A stretch of DNA of 41,150 bases from an uncultured Lachnospiraceae bacterium (GTDB lineage: Bacteria > Bacillota > Clostridia > Lachnospirales > Lachnospiraceae), in the NCBI GenBank assembly GCA_902783455.1, contig CACZRH010000207.1, positions 1 to 41,150 of the forward strand, in the 5' to 3' direction. The translations under genes were made by a program, and so were the position numbers. Below the pieces are notes generated by a model. It was not told the origin of the DNA and ran no database searches. It saw nothing but the letters and a program-made list of their open reading frames with translations. Each line of letters begins with the position of its first letter. The stretch's first letter is position 1. Shown here in pieces: positions 37,989 to 41,150 of the stretch.

Positions 37989-39302
37989 ATGAATGTTGTT
38001 TTATTATCGGGCGGATCCGGAAAACGTCTCTGGCCATTATCAAATGACGTCAGATCCAAACAGTTTATCAAATTTTTCAAAAAAGAAAACGGAGAATATG
38101 AATCCATGGTGCAGAGAATGTTCCGTGGACTTCGCGAGGTGGATGAGAATGTAAAAATTACCATTGCCACTTCCAAAACGCAGCTTTCGGAAATCCGGAA
38201 TCAGCTTGGCGGGGATGTGAATGTCAGTATTGAGCCTGACAGAAGGGATACCTTCCCGGCCATCGCACTCGCTGTTTTATATCTTCATGATAAAATGGGA
38301 GTAGGAAGGGACGAAGCGGTTGTCATCTGCCCGGTGGACCCTTATGTGGAGAGCGATTATTTTAAGGCGCTGTATGATTTAAGCAATCTTGCGAAAGAAT
38401 CGGATTCCAATCTCTGCCTGCTTGGAATGGAACCGACCTATCCTTCCGCAAAATACGGTTATATTATTCCAAAGACACAGGATGCAGTCAGTGAAGTATT
38501 GGAATTTAAGGAAAAACCGAGCGAGGCACTTGCGGCAGAGTATATCAAAAAAGGAGCCTTATGGAACGGCGGTGTGTTTGCATTCCGTATGGGATATATG
38601 CTTGATAAGGCACATGAGCTGATTGATTTTACGGATTATCAGGATCTTTATCAGAAATTTTCTTCCGTTGAGAAAATCAGTTTTGACTATGCCGTTGCGG
38701 AGAAGGAAGAACGAATCTGTGTGAAGCGTTTTCACGGGTTGTGGAAGGATCTCGGAACCTGGAATACGCTGACCGAATCGATTCCGGAAAACATCATCGG
38801 GAAAGGAATCATGAATGAAAAATGCGAGAATGTTCACATTATCAATGAACTGAACGTTCCGATTCTTACGATGGGCCTTACGGATGTGGTGATTTCCGCA
38901 TCTGCGGAAGGTATTTTAATTTCCGATAAAGTACAGTCAAGTTATATCAAACCCTTTGTTGATGATATTGTCGGACAGGTGATGTTTGCCGAAAAATCCT
39001 GGGGAAGCTTCCGTGTACTGAATGTCGAAGATGAGAGCATGACGATTCTGGTAACGCTCAATTCAGGACACTCCATGAATTATCATTCCCATCGAAACAG
39101 GGATGAGGTATGGGTGGTTATTGAAGGAAGCGGAACCACCGTTGTGGACGGAATGCGTCAGGATGTTTCCGTCGGAGATGTCGTTACGATGCAGGCCGGC
39201 TGCCGTCATACCATTATTGCAAAAGAAACCTTAAAAATTGTGGAAGTTCAACTCGGTAAGGAGATCAGTGTTTATGACAAGCAGAAATTCGAGTTGGAAT
39301 AA
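37989..39302 (+). CDS. manC: Mannose-1-phosphate guanylyltransferase with C-terminal cupin domain
   Basis: LLSGGSGKRLWPLS, YGYI, FKEKP, WNGG, ISFDYAV.EK, WKDLGTW; cupin KSWG and HSHRNRDEVW. Confidence 0.85.
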   Translation: MNVVLLSGGSGKRLWPLSNDVRSKQFIKFFKKENGEYESMVQRMFRGLREVDENVKITIATSKTQLSEIRNQLGGDVNVSIEPDRRDTFPAIALAVLYLHDKMGVGRDEAVVICPVDPYVESDYFKALYDLSNLAKESDSNLCLLGMEPTYPSAKYGYIIPKTQDAVSEVLEFKEKPSEALAAEYIKKGALWNGGVFAFRMGYMLDKAHELIDFTDYQDLYQKFSSVEKISFDYAVAEKEERICVKRFHGLWKDLGTWNTLTESIPENIIGKGIMNEKCENVHIINELNVPILTMGLTDVVISASAEGILISDKVQSSYIKPFVDDIVGQVMFAEKSWGSFRVLNVEDESMTILVTLNSGHSMNYHSHRNRDEVWVVIEGSGTTVVDGMRQDVSVGDVVTMQAGCRHTIIAKETLKIVEVQLGKEISVYDKQKFELE

Positions 39303-40284
39303 TTTGAATCTTCCTTTTTTGTTAAAACCGGAAGGGAAGGATTATCTCTGGGGCGGAAACCGTTTAAACGATGATTTTTCCAAGAATATTCCGCTTTCAC
39401 CGCTTGCGGAAACATGGGAATGTTCCACGCATCCGGCCGGTGTAAGCAGAGTCGGATCCGGTGTTTTTGCAGGAAGACTTTTAACGGATGTTTTGAAAGA
39501 AAATCCGGAAATGCTCGGACGTCATAAAAACGATCGGGGAGAGCTCCCGATTCTTGTAAAATTAATTGATGCAAAGGAAGATTTGTCAATTCAGGTTCAT
39601 CCGGATGATGAGTATGCCGCGATTCATGAAAACGGATCTTTGGGCAAAACGGAAATGTGGTATGTGCTTGATGCGGCACCGGGAACGGCAATCATTTACG
39701 GTTTTAATAAGGACACCTCAAAAGAAGAGGTGGAGAATGCTTTAAAGAAAGGCAATCCGGAAAAACTGCTCCGCCGGGTTCCGATTCAAAAGAATCAGGT
39801 CTTTTATGTATCTCCCGGAACGGTTCACGGAATAAGCAAAGGCGCATTACTTGCGGAAGTTCAGGAAAGCTCCGATATTACCTACCGGCTGTATGATTAT
39901 GACAGAATCGACAAGAACGGGAAAAAACGCCCGTTGCATATTGAGAAGGCACTGGAGGTTTTGGATTATCATTCCTCGGATTCTCCGAAGCAGCCGATTC
40001 GCGTTTTGAAATATACCAAGGGAAGCGCAACCGAGATTTTAAACCGCTGCAGGTATTTTCAGACGGAGAGACTGATCATCAATACGGAGCGGATTCGGGA
40101 ATATATGGAATTTCCCCAACTGGAAGAAACGTTTCAGATTCTGCTTTGCACAGATGGTTGCGGTGTTTTGCATGCAGGAGAGGAAGTACTGGATATTTTT
40201 AAAGGGGATTGCATTTTTATTCCTGCCGGAAATCAGGGAATGAAACTTCACGGCATGGCACAGTTTTTAAAGGTGCGTTGCTAG
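39274..40284 (+). CDS. manA: Mannose-6-phosphate isomerase, class I
   Basis: YLWGG, AETWECSTHP, LVKLIDA..DLSIQVHP, GKTEMWY, PGTVH, EVQESSDITYRLYDY; start is ATG 39274 or TTG 39304. Confidence 0.9.
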   Translation: MTSRNSSWNNLNLPFLLKPEGKDYLWGGNRLNDDFSKNIPLSPLAETWECSTHPAGVSRVGSGVFAGRLLTDVLKENPEMLGRHKNDRGELPILVKLIDAKEDLSIQVHPDDEYAAIHENGSLGKTEMWYVLDAAPGTAIIYGFNKDTSKEEVENALKKGNPEKLLRRVPIQKNQVFYVSPGTVHGISKGALLAEVQESSDITYRLYDYDRIDKNGKKRPLHIEKALEVLDYHSSDSPKQPIRVLKYTKGSATEILNRCRYFQTERLIINTERIREYMEFPQLEETFQILLCTDGCGVLHAGEEVLDIFKGDCIFIPAGNQGMKLHGMAQFLKVRC

Positions 40285-40297
40285 AAAGGTACAGGAA

Positions 40298-41150
40298 ATG
40301 GATAAAATAGCGGTTTTGATTCCGTGCTATAACGAAGCAAAAACAATTGAAAAAGTAATCCGGGATTATAGGGCTGCCCTTCCGGAAGCGGACATTTATG
40401 TCTATGACAATAATTCTTCCGACGGAACCGATGAAATTGCAAGAAATGCGGGTGCCATTGTCCGGTATGAAAGAAGGCAGGGAAAGGGAAATGTGATTCG
40501 GACCATGTTTCGGGACATTGACGCAGACTGCTATTTAATGATCGATGGGGACGATACCTATCCTGCTGAAAATGCGCGGGAAATGTGCGATTTTGTTTTA
40601 AAAAAGAATTCCGACATGGTAATCGGAGACCGTCTTTCCTCAACCTATTTTCAGGAAAATAAACGCCCGTTTCATAATTTCGGAAATACGATGGTGCGCG
40701 CTGCCGTCAATCAGTTATTCCACGGAAACATTACAGATATCATGACCGGCTATCGGGCATTTTCGCCGCTTTTTGTGAAATCATTTCCGGTGCTTTCCAA
40801 AGGCTTTGAAATTGAAACCGAGATGTCGATTTTTGCACTGGATAAGAATATGCAGTTGGATACCATTCCGGTACAGTACAGGGATCGTCCGGACGGAAGC
40901 GTATCGAAGTTGAACACTTATTCCGACGGCTTCAAGGTAATCTTAACGATTTTGAAACTGTATAAGGACTATAAGCCGCTTTCTTTCTTCGGTTTTTGTT
41001 CGCTGATTTCATTTTTAATCGGATTCGGGTTTTTCCTTCCGGTATTCTTTGAATATCTGCAGACCGGACTGGTGGCAAGGTTTCCGACCCTTTTTGCATC
41101 CATTGCGGTTATGATTGTTGCGGTGCTTTTGTTAATCTGCGGATTTATTC
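40298..41150 (+). CDS. DPM/DPG-synthase-like polyprenol-phosphate glycosyltransferase (GT2), 3' truncated; not in the supplied ORF track
   Basis: Manual translation MDKIAVLIPCYNE...YDNNSSDGT...QGKG...IDGDDTY...DIMTGYRAF...GFEIETE...SKLNTYSDG followed by TMs; open to the window end. Confidence 0.9.
   Translation, partial: MDKIAVLIPCYNEAKTIEKVIRDYRAALPEADIYVYDNNSSDGTDEIARNAGAIVRYERRQGKGNVIRTMFRDIDADCYLMIDGDDTYPAENAREMCDFVLKKNSDMVIGDRLSSTYFQENKRPFHNFGNTMVRAAVNQLFHGNITDIMTGYRAFSPLFVKSFPVLSKGFEIETEMSIFALDKNMQLDTIPVQYRDRPDGSVSKLNTYSDGFKVILTILKLYKDYKPLSFFGFCSLISFLIGFGFFLPVFFEYLQTGLVARFPTLFASIAVMIVAVLLLICGFI

Noticed and set aside
37989-40284. Apparent PMI redundancy (ManC cupin domain plus class I ManA)
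   Set aside because: The ManC cupin domain often lacks PMI activity and this pairing is ordinary
786-40643. Numerous 60-180 aa alternative-frame and antisense ORFs in the track (e.g. 30674..31225 -, 26959..27417 -, 40281..40643 -)
   Set aside because: They overlap well-supported genes, lack recognisable motifs and look like shadow ORFs
1-41150. Visibly frequent CCGG/TCCGGA words
   Set aside because: They are spread evenly through coding regions and are consistent with CCG/GGA codon preference, not a local repeat; not quantified

Overview
A 41-kb stretch of a large cell-surface polysaccharide biosynthesis and modification locus. Gene content and protein style suggest a Firmicute, probably Lachnospiraceae-like (inference). 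There are 36 CDSs, with the first and last truncated by the window edges. The left 10 kb alternates strand: a nucleotidyltransferase, a PseC-like aminotransferase, four multi-TM GT-C-like proteins and an AT3 acyltransferase. From about 8.6 kb everything is on the + strand. In order: rmlD; a TPR / FHA / GH25 lysozyme / DUF212 block; a Wzy-type core (priming transferase, CpsC-like, EpsG polymerase, GT2/GT4s, PglK-like ABC exporter); GtrB-GtrII-GtrB; a WecE-GNAT-ArnC-like-GT-C-SGNH module; and gmd-manC-manA-GT2. The most notable features are about 8 candidate extracytoplasmic GT-C transferases with 4 undecaprenyl-phosphate-loading GT2s, an Arn-like 4-acetamido-sugar module, and an FHA-muramidase cassette inside the glycan operon. 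No RNA genes, CRISPR arrays or mobile elements were seen. All family assignments come from reading motifs by eye, not from database searches.
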